DNA from: Monocercomonoides exilis PA203
Taxonomy: Eukaryota; Protista; Preaxostyla
Direction: 5' to 3'
Length of the DNA stretch: 64,000 nt
Assembly (NCBI GenBank): GCA_001643675.2
Contig: LSRY02000036.1
Location: 124,001-188,000 of the forward strand
The notes beneath the pieces are model-generated. The model was not told where the DNA came from and searched no databases. It saw nothing but the letters and a program-made list of their open reading frames with translations. The position numbers were made by a program, and so were the translations under genes. This document shows, piece by piece, positions 60,605 through 64,000 of the stretch; the stretch's first letter is position 1; each line of letters opens with the position of its first letter.

Positions 60605-62429
60605 TTTTATAAGAACATTTTATGCAGAAAACAATATCATATTGACATTTCCATTGAATTCGCATATGTTTGAATAAAAGAAGCAGATGAAAAATAAAAA
60701 CTCAAAATTATCACAAAAATCTATGAGTTCACACCATATTTTTATGCGCAAGTCTTTGGGAAGGTTCTGTAAAGAGAAGAAACGTTTTATTTCTTTGTTG
60801 GTTTGTTGTTATGGATGTGTTGATCGTATCGCTTTTTTGAATAGAGATATTCCCTGTTTAAATGAAAAATTGGCGAATGAAAGATATTGTCATCATAAGA
60901 ACAATTCTTTCCTGCGACTTTATGTTTCAATGATGAAGATATGTTCGTTTTGGTTTATTGATGCGTTGAATTTCACATTTGGACAACCAAGTCGATTCAT
61001 TAAGAAAATTGTTTGGACATAAAGTATGTGCATGCTTTTTTTTCGATTATTATTCATTTTGAAGAGGTCACCTTTTGCAATCTATTCAGGAAACAGAAAT
61101 ATGACTTATTGTTTTTAGTGCCTATTTTCGCCTTTCAGGGTGGAATTTCGAGTGAGGACGAGATGTTACGTATCTTCTATGCATGAGGAAGATACTTGAC
61201 GAGTGTTGAATTATGTGTTGTTTTTCGTTGAAACAAAATGGAATTTAATAGAAATTATTGGAATTTCTATTCATCAAAAAGTCGGAACTCGACTCATCTG
61301 AGAGAGAAATGACATCTGAAAAGGATAATAAGCGAATTAGATGATGAAACAATTTAAAACCGAAGGAATAATAAATGTTTGTTTGAGGATAATAGACAGT
61401 ATCACAGGAACAAAATATTGAAAAAAGCTTAAAAAACATATTGTAAATGTTTGCTGTAACTTTAATTGAAGTGATAATTTTTTTTTGTTCAGGAAGTTGA
61501 AAGAGCGGAGTTTTCGATAAATTTAAGAAAAAAAAGAAAGGACTTGAATGAAATATGAATAAGAACCGATGAAATTCAAGATATATTGAAGATGGATATA
61601 ATCGGACTTTGAAGAAGAATTATTTTTGAGTCAAGATGGTTTTTGTGAAAGAAGGGAAACGAAAATGGAAGAAATGGAATGAAAAAGATATCGCTCAATA
61701 TTTCCTATTCTTTGTCAAAAAGATGGAAAGAGGATTGAGCTGAAAGTGAAAGGGATTCAGAGGTTTCTCTCACCAGAAGAAGATGCAGAAACGATGAAGA
61801 TAAAAACAAGAAATAGAAATTTTTCACGTAACTCTCTGTTGTTTGATGATATTTCTCTTCACAATTCTTTTCTTTCAATCATCTCATTCAATTTATTTCT
61901 TCTTCTTCTTCCAATGCAGCAATGTCAATTCATTGGTCTCCTGCATTTTCACTTTTCTCCACAGAATCAAATTGAATTTCTTTTCGTTTTGCCTCAAAAT
62001 TCAGAAAATACAAGAGAAAAATGAAGAAGGAAGAAAAATCAAAAATATAAATGAGAATAAAAAGAAGAGGGGTTGGTGAATGAAGAGAAAAAGAAAAAGG
62101 AAAAGACAATGAAAGAACTTTTGATTGGATTGAAGGAGAAGACGGAGAAGGAGAAGAGGGAGAGAAAGAAGCAGGTGATGATGATGGATATGACGACAAT
62201 GTTGCAAAGAGCTCGTTCAATGGCAAATGACAAGTGGCAAGTGGCAGAGATTTTGATAGGAATCCTGAGGATGAGTGGGAAGCAGCCGGTTCCTTCGTTT
62301 TTTGAGCTGATTTGAAACATTGTTTTCCTCAATTGCCTCTTCAAATGTGTCTATTTACCAGACTTCTGATGCTGTTTGCTCGGCTCTTTCGGAGCCTTCG
62401 CTTCGAATAAAAGAGAAAATTCAAGTCAT

Positions 62430-62560
62430 TCTCTTCATCATCATCATCATCTTCTTCTTCTTCTTCCTCATCTTCTTCCTCTTCTTCTTCCTCTTCTTCT
62501 TCCTCATCTTCTTCCTCTTCCTCTTCCTCTTTTCTTTCTTCTTCGTCTTTATCTTCTTTT
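62430..62560. repeat. (CTT/CCT/CAT)n tract, acidic on the minus strand; probable gene remnant
   Basis: Directly visible; surrounding frames are fragmented. Confidence 0.65.
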
Positions 62561-63351
62561 TATTCAAAATTCTCAACTTTATTTCAATCATTTTTGATTT
62601 CCACTTTTTCTTCTTCTTTTTAAAGAAATATTTCTTATTTCAAAATCTTCGTAAAAAGTCCATCATCTCAAATGTACAATTCAATTTTGATTTTTTTTTA
62701 TTCTTCTCTCTTTCTCTTTCTCTCTCAATCTTCAAGGGATACATCAAAACTCTCATCAGAATATCTTCCTCTTCTCCGATTTTCAAATTAAACATTTTTG
62801 TTCCCAACAGATGCTGTAAACGGATTGTTTTAACTTTTGGAAATGGAAATGTTGAAAAATGAGGAAACAGGCAGAGGAAAGCGTTTGGATTGAACGTTTC
62901 TCTAAACTTGAAGCAGCATAAACGTTGTTGTTAGCTGTTTTTGTTGCATTTTCAACATTCGCTGAGGGTTTCTGATACTCCTCGAAAGCAAAGGAAGCAT
63001 TGCGAAAACACAATTTTTGTTCCAATGAGCTGAAAAGAGGTTGTTTTGAGAAAACCATGCAAAGAATGAATGAAGAATTTGAAATGGTAAATGTTTGTTA
63101 ACTCATTTTGGGAAGAACTTTGGTGAAAGAAAGAAGAAAATGGAGAAATTCATGATTTGAATTATTTTCATTTGAAAAAACAAAAATTGAATCTTTTTTT
63201 TTTTTTGTTATTTCTTCACTTCATTTTGATGAATCTGGATAATAAATCACTTTTAAAGCAAACATATGAAAATTAATTTTTGTACCGTTTTGTGAAATGA
63301 TTAAAAAAGAGAAAATTGAAAATAAAGAGTGACAAAATACAAAGAATTTCC

Positions 63352-64000
63352 TCAAATATTCACAAAATAATCTGAAATTTTCAACGATAGTCCAAGATAA
63401 TATCGTCTGTTTAAAATCTTTAAAGTTTCATGAAAGCTAATGATGGTATCTTCGTATCCTTCTTCCTCCAGCTTTTTAAATGTCTCCATTTTTGTTGCCT
63501 TTCTTTCCTCTTCTTCCTTTTCATCTTTCTCCTCTTCTTCCAATCGATTTGAAACATTCTTAAAGAATTGCAAGCATTCATTTGCCATGCCTTCATTCAA
63601 TGTTTGTCTCTGAATCCTCTCCAAAACAGCTTTCACAGCTCCTCCTTTCATCAAGTCATAAACTTTCACAACTCTATTTTCCACCGCATTTATCAAGGGA
63701 TATGTGCACCAGAGATCAATTTCTCTGTGATTATCATTTGATGCTCGAAATACATAGGAAATGCTGCTTAAAATCTCAGCAAATTCTTCATTCTGCAATT
63801 GGCACCCGCTAAAATAAACGTTCGACGTTTGCAGCCATCTCATCAATGAAAGCTCTTCTTTCCTTTCTTCTTTGCTCATTTCCTCTTTTTTCTTCTTCCA
63901 ATTCACATTTCTTGTGAGCTCTTCCAATTCTCTTGCTGCTTCTCTTCCAAAATGCAGCTCATTCACAATAGTATCTTCCAAGCTATTGTCAACAAAAAGT
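63352..64000 (-). CDS. EKMEEEGYED family copy 4, last exon only (5' part outside the window)
   Basis: ELHFGREAARELEEL, LMKGGAV, KKLEEEGYED, KISDYFVNI. Confidence 0.82.
   Translation of the reverse strand, partial: LFVDNSLEDTIVNELHFGREAARELEELTRNVNWKKKKEEMSKEERKEELSLMRWLQTSNVYFSGCQLQNEEFAEILSSISYVFRASNDNHREIDLWCTYPLINAVENRVVKVYDLMKGGAVKAVLERIQRQTLNEGMANECLQFFKNVSNRLEEEEKDEKEEEERKATKMETFKKLEEEGYEDTIISFHETLKILNRRYYLGLSLKISDYFVNI

Noticed and set aside
1-64000. Host-wide TAA/TAG = Gln genetic code
   Set aside because: Conserved genes (V-ATPase c, GH47) end at TAA at the expected positions, and long ORFs lack in-frame TAR

Overview
Eukaryotic, AT-rich, intron-containing genomic DNA read in the standard genetic code (genes end in TAA/TAG/TGA; Gln is CAA/CAG). 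Gene families, low-complexity tracts and GTTTG-type 5' splice sites suggest the oxymonad Monocercomonoides or a close metamonad (inference, not verified). Recognisable genes: V-ATPase proteolipid c subunit, SWC4/DMAP1-like SANT protein, GH47 alpha-1,2-mannosidase, a 3-exon SAM-dependent methyltransferase that looks bacterial, a beta-helix/Pmp-like type I surface protein, a 7-exon ARM/HEAT-like gene, and four copies of a lineage-expanded 'EKMEEEGYED' helical family. Mobile DNA: an open hAT transposase, a decayed DD35D pogo/Fot-like transposase, and a ~1 kb foldback/MITE with 383-bp inverted arms and a TA duplication. The most striking items are a protein built almost entirely from 17 copies of a 30-aa 'GxTMAMxWIxxVKxEPPEWMRHD' repeat, a decayed paralogue of it that the foldback element has split, and an EF-hand-like protein with a GWG-rich prion-like core. 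Exon models were derived by hand from splice signals and frame continuity.
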